A stretch of 64,000 nt of DNA from an uncultured Clostridia bacterium (GCA_946538975.1 CAMNHF010000001.1:10431-74430), one strand, 5' to 3'. Shown: positions 6,966 to 16,375, counted from the stretch's first letter. A program made the numbers and translations. The notes: generated by a model from the letters alone, not told the origin.

Positions 6966-7892
6966 ATGATTGCCATCCCGCTGGCGAAAAAGATCGCCGA
7001 ACTCTTCCTGATCCTGTTCACGACGGCCGCGCTGGTCAAGGGCGGCGTCCTGAAGGCCGAGCACAGCCGCGTGCTGTCGAAGCTGTCGCTGTATTTCGTG
7101 ACCCCCTGCGTGATCTTCAACTCCTTCCAGAAGGAGCTCACGCCGGAGATCCTGCAGGGGCTGCTGGTCGCCTGCGGGCTGGCCGTCGTCTTTCAGGCGC
7201 TGTTCTTCCTGCTGGCGGCGGTGCTGCGGCGCGTCTGGCGGGCGACGGAGGTGGAGCGCGCCTCCGTGGTGTTCACCAATGTCGGCAACCTGATCATCCC
7301 GCTGGTCTCCTTCGCGAAGGGGCCGGAGTGGGTCATCTACACCAGCGCGTACATCCTGGTCTTCAACCTGCTTTTCTGGAACGTGGGCCTCAGCATGTTC
7401 GACAGCGAGCGGGCGCCGGATCTCCGCAAGGCGCTGCTGAACCCGAACATTCTGGCCATCGCGGCCGGGCTGATCGTGCTCTTCACCCGCCTGCGCCTGC
7501 CGGAGCCGCTGGCCCTGGCCTTCAGCGACGTGGCCGGCATGATCGGGCCGCTCAGCATGATGATCACCGGCATGGTGATCGGCGGCATGACCTTCCGCGG
7601 GATGTTCGCCAACCGCCGGGTGTTCGGCGTGATCTTCTTCCGGATGATCCTCGCCTCGGGCCTCGCCGTGTGCGCCGCGGCCCTCGCCGCCCGCGTCCTG
7701 CCGGTCGACAGGGGCATCGTGATGATCGCCCTGCTCGGGGCCATCGCGCCTTCTGCCTCCAACACGAACCAGGTGGCCATCCTCTACAACAAGGACGCCC
7801 CCTACGCCTCCGCGATCACCGTGCTGACCACTCTCTCCTGCATCGCGACCATCCCGCTCTGGGTGACGGTCTACGAGGCGCTGGCCGGTTGA
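6966..7892 (+). CDS. AEC (auxin efflux carrier) family transporter
   Basis: Polytopic membrane protein MIAIPLAKKIAELFLILFTTAALVKGGVL...NVGNLIIPLV...NPNILAIAAGL typical of the AEC family. Start at an internal Met, because the 5' part of ORF 6744..7892 lies in repeat copy B. Confidence 0.75.
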   Translation: MIAIPLAKKIAELFLILFTTAALVKGGVLKAEHSRVLSKLSLYFVTPCVIFNSFQKELTPEILQGLLVACGLAVVFQALFFLLAAVLRRVWRATEVERASVVFTNVGNLIIPLVSFAKGPEWVIYTSAYILVFNLLFWNVGLSMFDSERAPDLRKALLNPNILAIAAGLIVLFTRLRLPEPLALAFSDVAGMIGPLSMMITGMVIGGMTFRGMFANRRVFGVIFFRMILASGLAVCAAALAARVLPVDRGIVMIALLGAIAPSASNTNQVAILYNKDAPYASAITVLTTLSCIATIPLWVTVYEALAG

Positions 7893-7908
7893 CGGAAACC
7901 GCAGCACG

Positions 7909-7949
7909 AAAAAAGCCGCCTGCAGCAAAATGTGCTCAGGCGGCTTTTG
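7909..7949. terminator. bidirectional rho-independent terminator
   Basis: AAAAAGCCGCCTG, loop, CAGGCGGCTTTTGG: an A-tract and a T-tract flank a 9-bp GC stem between convergent ORFs. Confidence 0.6.
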
Positions 7950-7958
7950 GCATGGCGG

Positions 7959-8327
7959 TCAGTCCCCTTCCCCGCCCTGCATGCTGCGGTTCATGCGCGC
8001 ATAGCTGCCGTTCAGGGCCAGGAGCTCCTCGTGAGTGCCGCGCTCGGTGATGCGGCCGTCCTCGATCACCAGAATCTGATCTGCGCTGCGGATCGTGGAG
8101 AGCCGGTGCGCGATGGAGATGATGGTGCGCGTCCCCGCGATGCCGGCGATGGTGACCAGGTTCGTGATGCTCTCCGGGATCATGTGAGCGTAGAGCAGCT
8201 CGAAATCCCGGGTGGCGGCATAGGTACCCGCCTCCAGAATCTGGTTCAGGATCTCCCCCGGAATCGGATCGGCCTTGTAGCTGCGGCAGCTGCGCCTCTC
8301 CAGCAGCACCTTCATGGCTTCATTCAT
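7959..8327 (-). pseudogene. chimeric remnant: nitroreductase N-terminus fused to ABC-exporter ATPase C-terminus
   Basis: [39 protein letters not shown] (nitroreductase-type start with RBS GGAGGA) runs directly into ...[47 protein letters not shown], the extreme C-terminus of an MsbA-like ABC ATPase. Neither domain is complete. Confidence 0.6.
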
Positions 8328-8537
8328 CGGTGTTTCCTCCTTCGGCTGCTTCGGGAGAACGTGATCGCCCGGATGCGGGAGATGCAGGTTTACCTGGACA
8401 AGGTGACCTGGAAGCTGAACTATTTCACCGAAAAGCTCCACGCCTGCGAGCAGGCCGGCGAAAAAGAGCCCTGAGCTGCCGCCAAACCAAAAACAGCCGT
8501 CCGTCCCTGTCGGCGGAGGGCTGTTTTGCGTTCAAGG

Positions 8538-8587
8538 CAGCAGCCTGCGCGGACCGTCACCGGCTCACGCGCAGGCTGCTGTTTTAT
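8538..8587 (+). terminator. strong rho-independent terminator (plus orientation)
   Basis: Perfect 14-bp stem CAGCAGCCTGCGCG / CGCGCAGGCTGCTG followed by TTTTAT. A weaker hairpin plus T4 lies at about 8493-8528. Confidence 0.65.
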
Positions 8588-8603
8588 CGATGGAATCTGT
8601 CTG

Positions 8604-9590
8604 TCACTTGAACACCACGTCGAAGGCGTTGTAGAAGTAGAAGCGGGACACCAGGGTCTGATGCAGCTCCGTGGAAGAGCAGAAGTAGAGGTTGTTCACG
8701 CTCTTGTCGGTGCCGTAGCTGAAGTCCTCGCTGTCCGCGATCATGGCCTTCATCAGCTCGGCGTTCACGTCGTACATCATGTCGCGCTTGCTGCCGCAGG
8801 CCGCATAGATGAAGAAGCTGTCCCTGTACTCGCTCTGGGCGGCCAGGGCGTCCTTCAGCATCTGAATCTGCTCCTCCACGGGCATCTCCAGGCTCATTTC
8901 CGCCGCGCCGGAGATGTTGGCGGAGAAGGGCATGAACCAGTAGGCCCGGTCCAGGCTGTGGAAGAACTGATGCCAGCAGGCATAGCAGCCGCGGGAGAAA
9001 CCGGCGAAGGCGCGGTGCTCGCGGGAGGCGATGAAGCCGGCGTCGTCGGTGGTCTCGGCGTAGGTGCGGTAGGTGCTCTCCACGGCGGGCATCAGGTCGT
9101 CGCGCATCTCCTTCGTGGAGAAGGCCTCCATGTCGATGGCGCGGTTCTCGTAATCGTAGTAATAGCAGGGGAAGACCATGATGAAGGGCTCGGTGATGCC
9201 GACCTCGATCATGTTGTCCAGCGCGTTCTTGGCCTTCTCGTCGGTGATGAAGCTGTCCTGGGTCTCGTTGGTGCCGGGCAGGAAGTAGATGATGTTGTAG
9301 CGCTCGGTGCCGTTCTCGTCGTAGCCGTAGGGCAGGTAGACATTGGCCCAGGTCGCCAGCTCGTCACCGTAGGCGGTGGTGGTGTAGTCCAGGCGCACCA
9401 CGGTGCCGGGCTGTTCGGAGGGGGCTTCGTAGAACTTGTTGTCGTACTTTTTGTAGGTGGTTTCCACGCCGATGACATCGGTGGTCGTGGTGACCTTCTT
9501 GTCCTCAGGCGCGGTGCGGCCGTCCGCCAGGGCGGCTGCCGCGCTCAGGAGAACCGTCAGGGCCAGGAGGATTGCTAGCAGCTTTTTCAT
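8604..9590 (-). CDS. secreted esterase, putative-esterase/CE1-like family (paralog 1)
   Basis: Signal peptide MKKLLAILLALTVLLSAAAALA. Shares blocks with three paralogs (NVYLPYGYDENGTERYNIIYF, TYRTYAETTDDAGFIASREHRAFAGFSRG with GxSxG). Confidence 0.75.
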   Translation of the reverse strand: MKKLLAILLALTVLLSAAAALADGRTAPEDKKVTTTTDVIGVETTYKKYDNKFYEAPSEQPGTVVRLDYTTTAYGDELATWANVYLPYGYDENGTERYNIIYFLPGTNETQDSFITDEKAKNALDNMIEVGITEPFIMVFPCYYYDYENRAIDMEAFSTKEMRDDLMPAVESTYRTYAETTDDAGFIASREHRAFAGFSRGCYACWHQFFHSLDRAYWFMPFSANISGAAEMSLEMPVEEQIQMLKDALAAQSEYRDSFFIYAACGSKRDMMYDVNAELMKAMIADSEDFSYGTDKSVNNLYFCSSTELHQTLVSRFYFYNAFDVVFK

Positions 9591-9665
9591 GGGGATGCTC
9601 CTTTCCGGATGGTACGCCCCGGAAGACGGCCGGAACCGCCTCCGGGGACAGCGCGGGTCGTGAGA

Positions 9666-12600
9666 TCAGGCTTCCTTCGCCTGCTTTTTCGCCTTCTGGC
9701 CGCTGACAATGGCCAGGGCCAGGAAGAGGACAGCCAGCACGCCGGTGCCGATCTGGCCGTATTTGATGGCGTCCTGCCACCAGCGGTAGGGCTCCTCCAC
9801 GACGGTGCTGTAGCCCATGCCGTTCATGGCGTTGGAGTTGGCCACGGTGTAGAGGATGTGCTTGGTGGCTTCCCGCATGGCGGTGACCACCTTGGGATCG
9901 TTCTCGTAGCCCTTCAGCTTGTCGGACCACTTGGAGGCGTCGTTGCAGTCCCAGCCGTCGCCGCCGGCTAGCAGGCCCTGGATGACGTCCATGAAGGCGT
10001 TGTTGTTGGAGAAGTCGGTCAGGGCGAAGCCGGGCATGCCAAACTCCCCGCGGAGGACGTTGGTGATCAGGTTGTAGTCGCCGCCGGCCCACACGGTGCC
10101 CAGACGGTTGAAGGAGGTCATTACGCAGTAGGCGTTGGCGTCCGCGATCGGATACTCGAAGGCCTGCAGATAGATCTCGCGGGCAGCCTGCTCATTGGTC
10201 CACACGCAGATGCCGTCGCGGCCGGTCTCCTGGTCGTTGAAGGCGAAGTGCTTGTTGTACACATACACGCCCTTGGACTGGATGCCGGCGGTCTCCGCGG
10301 CGCAGGTCTTGCCGGAGATGAACGGATCCTCGGAGTAGTACTCGAAGTTGCGGCCGGAATAGGGCGTGCGGTGGATGTTGGCGCCAGGGCCGTAGATGCC
10401 CGAGTACGCCTTGCGGTTGGCCATCAGGCAGTCATTGCCCATGGAGCGGCCGACCGCCTCGGCGATGGCGGTGTCGAAGGTGGCGGCCATCACGTCCTCG
10501 GAGGTGTAGCTGGTGGAGGAGGAACCGCCGGTCAGGGTCGCGGTGATGCCCTGCGGGCCGTTCTCGTCCTTGGTGGCAGGCTTGCCGACCGACTTGACCG
10601 TCGCGGTGGCGTGGTAGGTCTGGCCGATCAGTTTCACCATCTCGTTGAACTTCACCTGATCCATCAGGTCGTCCCAGGTGTAGGTCTTGCCGTCGGAGAG
10701 GGTGACGGAGCCGTCCAGCGGCACACCGATGAAGTGGGCCAGGGTCAGGGTGCCTTCCTTGGCCAGGGTGGGCATGGTGCCCTGTCCGTCGGAATCAATG
10801 ATCGTGTTCAGACCCTGCACCAGCTCCGCGTTGGCCGGAATCTGCACCGCGGCCTTGTAGACGCTGCCGGAGAGGTCCGCCTTAGGCATGGTGCCGGCCC
10901 AGTCGGAACGGGTGAGGTAGACGATGTCGTTGGCAGTGTCGCTGTCCACCTTGTTCAGGTCGCCGTGTTCCAGCTGGTTGGTAATGGCCACGCCGGTGCG
11001 GCTGGTGGCATAGGTGGTCTTGTCCAGGGAGCCCTGCTTCCAGACCACGGCCAGATCCGCGCGGCCCTCGCCCACCATGCGGCCGGTGTCGACGGTGCCG
11101 TTGGCGGTGTCGTTCTGGGCAGCTTTCTGCAGCAGGATGTTGTTCAGGGCGTCGTGCGCGCCGTTGCCGGCCGCGAAGTAGTAATTGCCCGCGTCGACGA
11201 TGTAGGTCTTCGCGCCGTTCGCGTCATAGGCGCGCAGCTCGGTCTTCGCGACGGTCACCGTGGCGGTCACGGTCTTGCCGGCGGGCACGTCCACCTTGGT
11301 GTAGCCAACCAGCTCCACGGCAGCCTTCTCAATGCCGTTCTGCCGGTCATAGTCGGTGTAGGGGCTCTGCATGTAGATCGTGACGGCCTCGCGGGCATCG
11401 CGGGCGGAGGGATTGGTCACGTCGACGGTGAAGTCGAAGTGGTCGCCGCTCTCCTTCATGCTGAGCTTGCCGTAGGTCAGATTGCTGTAGTTGAGGCCGT
11501 AGCCGAAGGGGAAGGCGACGGTCTTCGCGTAGTCGTATTCGCCGACCTTCGCGTTGCCCAGCACCCAGTCCTCGTAGCGGGTCTCATAGTAGCGGTAGCC
11601 GATATAGATGCCTTCCTGATAGACCACATAGTACTCGTTGTTGGTCTTGGCGAAGGCCAGACCCGCTTCCGCCGCGTTGGTGTAGGAGGTCACATAAGCG
11701 TTCTGCACGGCGGGAGAGGTCTTGTTGTCATAGCAGTAGGTGTCCACCAGGCGGCCGGAGGGATTGACCTTGCCGTTCAGGATGTCGCCGATGGCGCGGA
11801 TGCCGCTCTGGCCCACGTTGCCCACCCACAGGCAGGCGTCGATGCCGTAGTCCACGCCGCACACGGCGGGCTCCAGCACATCCACCTCCACCGCGTTGGC
11901 GGTGTTGAGCAGGACGACGATCTTCTTCACGGTGCCCTCGGCCTTCAGATCGGCCAGCTTCTGGAGCAGATCGCGCTCCTCCTGGCTGATGGAGAGCATA
12001 TTGCCGTTCGCATCGGAGGCGCCAACGACGGGCAGATCCTTGCCCTCGCCGCAGACACGGCCGATGACCACGATGGCCGCGTCGCCGTAGTCCTTCACGG
12101 AATCCCACTCGGCGGCGGTGTAGACGCTCTGGGGAACCTCGTTGACCTTGAATTCCTCATTCTTGAAGATGTAGTTGTTCAGGGAGCCGCCGGCGTCCTG
12201 CAGGCCGTACTTGCTGCCCGCGCCCTCGCGGTAGAAGGCCCACAGAGTGGGGTTCACGGAGAACCCGTCCTGTTCCAGGGCGTCCTTGAGCAGGATGGCC
12301 TTGCTGTTGTCCATGCCGCCGGAGCCGGTGCCGCCGTAGACAAAACGCGCGGAGGAGGTGCCGAAGAGGCTGACCTTCTCGCTGCCGGCGAGCGGCAGGG
12401 CGTCCCCGCGGTTCAGCAGCAGCACGGCGCCGTTTGCCACCACGGACTCACAGATGAGGTCGGCGGCCGCCGCCTGCTCCGCGCTGGTCTCATAGTCGGC
12501 CACAAAGCGGGGCGGCAGGGCTTCCGCGCTGTCATCCACCTTGGGCGGCGGGGCGTCGATGCCCAGCACCATGTCGATGATGGCGGTGTAGTTGTTTGCG

Positions 12601-12704
12601 ATGGGGCCGGCGATCATCAGGAACACAAACAGGAAAGCGAAAATCCCGCAGAGGATTTTCCAGACCAGCTTGCCCTTGGGTTTTCCGTTCGCTTTCTTGG
12701 CCAT
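9666..12704 (-). CDS. glycoside hydrolase family 3 with N- and C-terminal transmembrane helices
   Basis: 1012 aa. GH3 motifs KHFAFNDQETGRDG and GFALTDFS lie in the C-terminal half. FnIII-like block AREAVTIYMQSPYTD...VELVGYTKV. N-terminal helix WKILCGIFAFLFVFLMIAGPI and C-terminal helix IGTGVLAVLFLALAIVSG plus KAKKQAKEA. Confidence 0.85.
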   Translation of the reverse strand: MAKKANGKPKGKLVWKILCGIFAFLFVFLMIAGPIANNYTAIIDMVLGIDAPPPKVDDSAEALPPRFVADYETSAEQAAAADLICESVVANGAVLLLNRGDALPLAGSEKVSLFGTSSARFVYGGTGSGGMDNSKAILLKDALEQDGFSVNPTLWAFYREGAGSKYGLQDAGGSLNNYIFKNEEFKVNEVPQSVYTAAEWDSVKDYGDAAIVVIGRVCGEGKDLPVVGASDANGNMLSISQEERDLLQKLADLKAEGTVKKIVVLLNTANAVEVDVLEPAVCGVDYGIDACLWVGNVGQSGIRAIGDILNGKVNPSGRLVDTYCYDNKTSPAVQNAYVTSYTNAAEAGLAFAKTNNEYYVVYQEGIYIGYRYYETRYEDWVLGNAKVGEYDYAKTVAFPFGYGLNYSNLTYGKLSMKESGDHFDFTVDVTNPSARDAREAVTIYMQSPYTDYDRQNGIEKAAVELVGYTKVDVPAGKTVTATVTVAKTELRAYDANGAKTYIVDAGNYYFAAGNGAHDALNNILLQKAAQNDTANGTVDTGRMVGEGRADLAVVWKQGSLDKTTYATSRTGVAITNQLEHGDLNKVDSDTANDIVYLTRSDWAGTMPKADLSGSVYKAAVQIPANAELVQGLNTIIDSDGQGTMPTLAKEGTLTLAHFIGVPLDGSVTLSDGKTYTWDDLMDQVKFNEMVKLIGQTYHATATVKSVGKPATKDENGPQGITATLTGGSSSTSYTSEDVMAATFDTAIAEAVGRSMGNDCLMANRKAYSGIYGPGANIHRTPYSGRNFEYYSEDPFISGKTCAAETAGIQSKGVYVYNKHFAFNDQETGRDGICVWTNEQAAREIYLQAFEYPIADANAYCVMTSFNRLGTVWAGGDYNLITNVLRGEFGMPGFALTDFSNNNAFMDVIQGLLAGGDGWDCNDASKWSDKLKGYENDPKVVTAMREATKHILYTVANSNAMNGMGYSTVVEEPYRWWQDAIKYGQIGTGVLAVLFLALAIVSGQKAKKQAKEA

Positions 12705-12743
12705 GGTGACGCTCCTTTATCTCCAGAGAGGCTGCACAGAGGG

Positions 12744-12777
12744 GGAAAGGGCCGCCGCACTCGCTGTACGGCGGCCC
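12744..12777 (-). terminator. rho-independent terminator after ORF 12800..13405
   Basis: On the minus strand GGGCCGCCG, loop, CGGCGGCCC followed by TTTCCCCC. Confidence 0.45.
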
Positions 12778-12799
12778 GTTGGTTCAGGCTGGGGGAGGA

Positions 12800-13405
12800 T
12801 TACTCGGTGATGTCGAACACGTCGATGGTGTCGGTCACGTTGGAGCAGCTCACAATCTTGTTCTCCAGGGTGACGTCGTCCAGATCCTCGCGGAGGTCTT
12901 CCACGGTGATCACGGTGCCGGCGATGTTGTGGTTGGCGATGAAGTCGGCGGCGCCATCGTCAGAGCCGTCCGGGAAGGCGATCTCGGTCATCTCGTCGGT
13001 CCAGGCGAAGGTGTCCAGCACCATCGCATAGCCCAGCACATTGCGGCCGAAGCCCTTGCCGTGCTGCTCGAAGTAGATGCCGTCCACGGTGTCCAGGGTG
13101 ATGTCGAAGTGGCAGGCTTCGTCGTCGGCGGACTCAACCTTGGTGTAGGTGCCGGAGTACACGATGACCTTGTTGGCCTTCAGGCCGGGGTCGGTGGTGC
13201 CGAAGGTGTACACGCGGTAGAACAGCTCATAGTTGGTCTCGTCGCGCAGGACCAGGGAGATGTCGGAGGTCCACCACCAGCCCACCGCGTCGATGAAGTC
13301 GGTTTCGCTCAGATTGTAGGTGCTCAGGATCGGGGCCGCGGTGGCGGCGGAGACGATGGACAGGGCCAGCACGAGGGCCAGGACCAGGGCGATCAGTTTC
13401 TTCAT
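12800..13405 (-). CDS. small secreted protein, function unknown
   Basis: 201 aa with signal peptide MKKLIALVLALVLALSIVSAATA and RBS GGAGG. Acidic mature part. No family recognised. Confidence 0.65.
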   Translation of the reverse strand: MKKLIALVLALVLALSIVSAATAAPILSTYNLSETDFIDAVGWWWTSDISLVLRDETNYELFYRVYTFGTTDPGLKANKVIVYSGTYTKVESADDEACHFDITLDTVDGIYFEQHGKGFGRNVLGYAMVLDTFAWTDEMTEIAFPDGSDDGAADFIANHNIAGTVITVEDLREDLDDVTLENKIVSCSNVTDTIDVFDITE

Positions 13406-13459
13406 GGGAGTTCCTCCTTCATTTGGCTCCGCGTTGCCGCGGGCTCATGTTGTGATCTC

Positions 13460-13527
13460 AGTTTAGCGGATGCCCGGCGGCCGTTCAAGCCGAACCGCGC
13501 AACTGTTCCTTTTCACATCGTAACTGA
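13460..13527 (-). promoter_or_regulatory. LytTR-type direct-repeat operator plus -10 box, site S1 (upstream of ORF 12800..13405)
   Basis: Minus strand reads TCAGTTACG, 12 nt, ACAGTTGCG, 32 nt, TAAACT. Spacing is the same as at S2 and S3. Confidence 0.55.
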
Positions 13528-13564
13528 CCGGGATGCAGCGGCAGGGCGCATTGAGCCCCGCGGC

Positions 13565-14290
13565 TCAGCGGACCGTGATGGTGCGGGTCAGCGTGGCGGT
13601 GCCGGCCTCGCTGCCGTCGTCCAGCACATCGACGCGCTCCACGCGGGTGACCGTCACGGCGCCGTCCTCTGCGGTCTCCACGGTCTCCGTGCCCTCGCCG
13701 GTCAGGCAGGTCTCGCGGACGAGGCTGATGATGAGCTCCGTCTCCGTTTCGCCCGCGTCGGCGGAGAACACGTCCCACAGGCCGTAGATCTCGCCGCTGC
13801 CCTTCATCAGGGTGTAGCCGAACTCGCCCTCATAGCCCTCCGGCCAGCTGCCGCCGAGGTCGATGGAGATCGTGATGTGCTCATAGTCCACGCCGTTCAG
13901 GCGCAGGCTCAGGCTGAAGCCGTCGTCCTTCTCCTCCAGGGAGGCGCTCGGCGGCATCTGCTCCCAGGTCCAGCTCTGCGGCTGGTCCGCGATCATCGCG
14001 CAGTCGTAGGCAAAGCCCTCCCGGCTCATGCGGGCGGTGAGCGCCGTATGGCCGTTCAGGCTGCCCTCGCAGAGGATCGCGCCGTCCGCGTCCTGCCACA
14101 GCTTCAGGGAGGCTGTCTCAAAGGGGATGACGCCCTCCTCCGCCTCCGCGTCGGTGACGGCGGCGGTCAGGGTCCAGCTGCGGCCGTCCAGCATGCGCAG
14201 CAGCACGTCATAAGGGTCTTCGGCCGCGGCCAGAGCGGCGGGCAGGGTCAGCAGCGCCAGGGTGAGCAGCAGGGCAAATACTTTCTTCAT
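13565..14290 (-). CDS. secreted protein, function unknown
   Basis: 241 aa with signal peptide MKKVFALLLTLALLTLPAALAAA and an RBS present. No family recognised. Confidence 0.6.
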   Translation of the reverse strand: MKKVFALLLTLALLTLPAALAAAEDPYDVLLRMLDGRSWTLTAAVTDAEAEEGVIPFETASLKLWQDADGAILCEGSLNGHTALTARMSREGFAYDCAMIADQPQSWTWEQMPPSASLEEKDDGFSLSLRLNGVDYEHITISIDLGGSWPEGYEGEFGYTLMKGSGEIYGLWDVFSADAGETETELIISLVRETCLTGEGTETVETAEDGAVTVTRVERVDVLDDGSEAGTATLTRTITVR

Positions 14291-14320
14291 GATGATCTTC
14301 CTCGTTCCGTTGTGATTCGC

Positions 14321-15256
14321 TTATTCCGCATCGGCTGCAGGCCAGAGCACGCCGTCGACGAAGGCGTTGTAGAGATAGTAGCGGCTGGTGAGATCCTGGT
14401 GGATGTTGTCGGACATCACATAGTAGAAACTGTTGACGGAAGGATCCGTGCCATAGCTGAAGCGGGGATCAGCCGCCACGCTCCGGGCCAGCTCGCCGCA
14501 GCCCACGGAAGCGCCGTCCTCGGGGCCGCCGCTGGCCATGTAGATGAAGACCGGCAGCTCCGGGTTCCCCATCACGGGGGCAAAGCTCTCCAGCTCGCCG
14601 AAGGCGCCGCTGAAGGGCAGGAAGGTGCGGCAGTAGTCCGTCATGTTCGGCAGGAGGGTCCAGGTGACGCCGCTGCCCATGGAGAAGCCGCTGATGGCCC
14701 GGAAATCCCGGGAGGCGCGGAAGCCGGCGTCGTCGGCGGTCTCCGCATAGGTGCGATAGCTTCCCTCCACCAGGGGCATGATCTCCTCCCGCATCTCGCG
14801 CAGGAACAGCTCCGGATCATAGTTGGTGCCGCGGCCGAAGTAGTAGGTGGCCGTCACCAGGATGAAGGGGCGCGTGATGCCCAGGGCGATCATGTGGTCG
14901 AAGGCGTTCTTGGTGGCGTCGTTGCGGATCAGGGTGTCCGGATCGCAGCCGCGGCCGTGGAAGAAGTAGAGCACGGGATAGCGCTCCGTGCCGTTCTCGT
15001 CATAGCCAAAGGGCAGGTAGACGTTCAGGAATTTCTTGTATTCCTTGTCGTACATGGCGGTGGTGTATTTGACCCGGATGACCTCGCCGGCCTGCTCGCA
15101 GGGGGCGTCGTAGTAGTCCCGGTCGTAGTACAGGTAATGCGTGGGCACGCCGGCCAGTTCGGAGAAGTCCATCAGCACCGCATCCGCGGGCTCCGCCGCG
15201 GCGCAGGCGAGCAGGCAGCACAGCGCAAGCAGGAGGGCAAAGCACTTTTTCCGCAT
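14321..15256 (-). CDS. secreted esterase, putative-esterase/CE1-like family (paralog 2)
   Basis: Signal peptide. NVYLPFGYDENGTERYPVLYFFHG and SYRTYAETADDAGFRASRDFRAISGFSMG (GxSxG). Confidence 0.75.
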   Translation of the reverse strand: MRKKCFALLLALCCLLACAAAEPADAVLMDFSELAGVPTHYLYYDRDYYDAPCEQAGEVIRVKYTTAMYDKEYKKFLNVYLPFGYDENGTERYPVLYFFHGRGCDPDTLIRNDATKNAFDHMIALGITRPFILVTATYYFGRGTNYDPELFLREMREEIMPLVEGSYRTYAETADDAGFRASRDFRAISGFSMGSGVTWTLLPNMTDYCRTFLPFSGAFGELESFAPVMGNPELPVFIYMASGGPEDGASVGCGELARSVAADPRFSYGTDPSVNSFYYVMSDNIHQDLTSRYYLYNAFVDGVLWPAADAE

Positions 15257-15282
15257 GGAGACCGCTCCTCTCGTCTTAATCC

Positions 15283-15317
15283 AGAAAACGCAGGAGAGGC
15301 GGAAACCTCTCCTGCCG
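15283..15317 (-). terminator. hairpin plus U-tract between esterase paralogs 3 and 2
   Basis: Minus strand: CGGCAGGAGAGG, tttccg, CCTCTCCTGCG then TTTTCTGG. It ends only about 20 nt before the RBS GAGGAG of ORF 14321..15256. Confidence 0.5.
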
Positions 15318-15326
15318 GGGATGAAA

Positions 15327-16262
15327 TCACTTGAACAGGACGTCGACCATGATGCTGTACAGGTTGTTGCGGCCCTTCAGGGTCTGATGGAGGTCCTTGG
15401 AGATGGCGACGTAGAAGTTGTTCTCCTGGGGGTCGGTGCCGTAGCTGAAGGCCTCGTCGGCCAGCATGGCGTTGGCCAGGGCGACGGTGCCCTCGTAGGC
15501 CAAGTCGCGCTTGCCGCCGGAGCAGAGGATGAAGAAGGTGTCGTCCTCATAGCCGGGCTTGGCGGCGAAGGCGTCCTTCATGGCCTGCAGGTTGTCCACG
15601 CTGCTGCCGGACATGGGCACGATCCACTTCGCCAGGTCGAAGTTCACATAGGCATTGTTCCAGCAGGCATGGCAGCCCTGGCTGTAGCCGGAGATGGCGC
15701 GGTGCTCGCGGGAGGCGATGAAGCCGGCCTCATCGGGGGTCTCGGCGTACGTGGAATACTTGGATTCGACAGCGGGCATCAGGTCGTTGCGGACCTCATA
15801 GGGGAAGACGTCGTGCTGCACGACGCGGCCTTCATAGATGTAGTAGTAGGTGGGGCAGACGATGATGAAGGGATCGCACACGCCGTAGAAGATCATGTTG
15901 TCCACGACGTTCTTCACGACGGGCTCGGCGATGAAGCTGTCCTGGGTCTCGTTGGTGCCGTGGAAGAAGTAGAGGATGTTGTACTTGTTGGCCGGATCGT
16001 AGCCGTAGGGCAGGTAGACGTTGGCCCACTGCTCGTAGGTGACGCCGTCGCCGTAGACAGCCGTGGTGTAGTCCAGGCGCTCAATCGTGCCGGGCTGCTC
16101 GCACTCGGCCTCGTAGATCTTGGCGTTGAAGGTGTGCATGCTGGCGACCACGCCGCCGTCCAGTTCGGTCTCGACCGGCTTCTTCTCCTCGGGAATCTCG
16201 GCCAGGGCCGTCGCGCTCAGGCACAGCAGCAGGGCAAGAAGCAGAGCGGCAAGCTTTTTCAT
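15327..16262 (-). CDS. secreted esterase, putative-esterase/CE1-like family (paralog 3)
   Basis: Signal peptide MKKLAALLLALLLCLSATALA. NVYLPYGYDPANKYNILYFFHG and STYAETPDEAGFIASREHRAISGYSQG. Confidence 0.75.
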   Translation of the reverse strand: MKKLAALLLALLLCLSATALAEIPEEKKPVETELDGGVVASMHTFNAKIYEAECEQPGTIERLDYTTAVYGDGVTYEQWANVYLPYGYDPANKYNILYFFHGTNETQDSFIAEPVVKNVVDNMIFYGVCDPFIIVCPTYYYIYEGRVVQHDVFPYEVRNDLMPAVESKYSTYAETPDEAGFIASREHRAISGYSQGCHACWNNAYVNFDLAKWIVPMSGSSVDNLQAMKDAFAAKPGYEDDTFFILCSGGKRDLAYEGTVALANAMLADEAFSYGTDPQENNFYVAISKDLHQTLKGRNNLYSIMVDVLFK

Positions 16263-16307
16263 GGGGATACCTCCTTCAATATTCTGGCATTTCTGCCGGC
16301 TGATTGC

Positions 16308-16375
16308 ACTATACGAAATCGCGGCCCGTCCGGAAAGACGAACCGCGCAAGTGAACCTGTTTGCATCGTAATTGG
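16308..16375 (-). promoter_or_regulatory. LytTR-type direct-repeat operator plus -10 box, site S2 (upstream of esterase paralog 3)
   Basis: Minus strand reads CCAATTACG, 12 nt, TCACTTGCG, 32 nt, TATAGT. It starts 5 nt after the stop of the upstream gene. Confidence 0.55.

Noticed and set aside
10248-13031. 927-aa plus-strand ORF, and similar long ORFs at 12779..15334 and 15141..17417.
   Set aside because: They are antisense to the GH3 and esterase genes, which carry clear family motifs, signal peptides and RBSs. The sequence is low-complexity Gly/Ala/Val/His/Arg.
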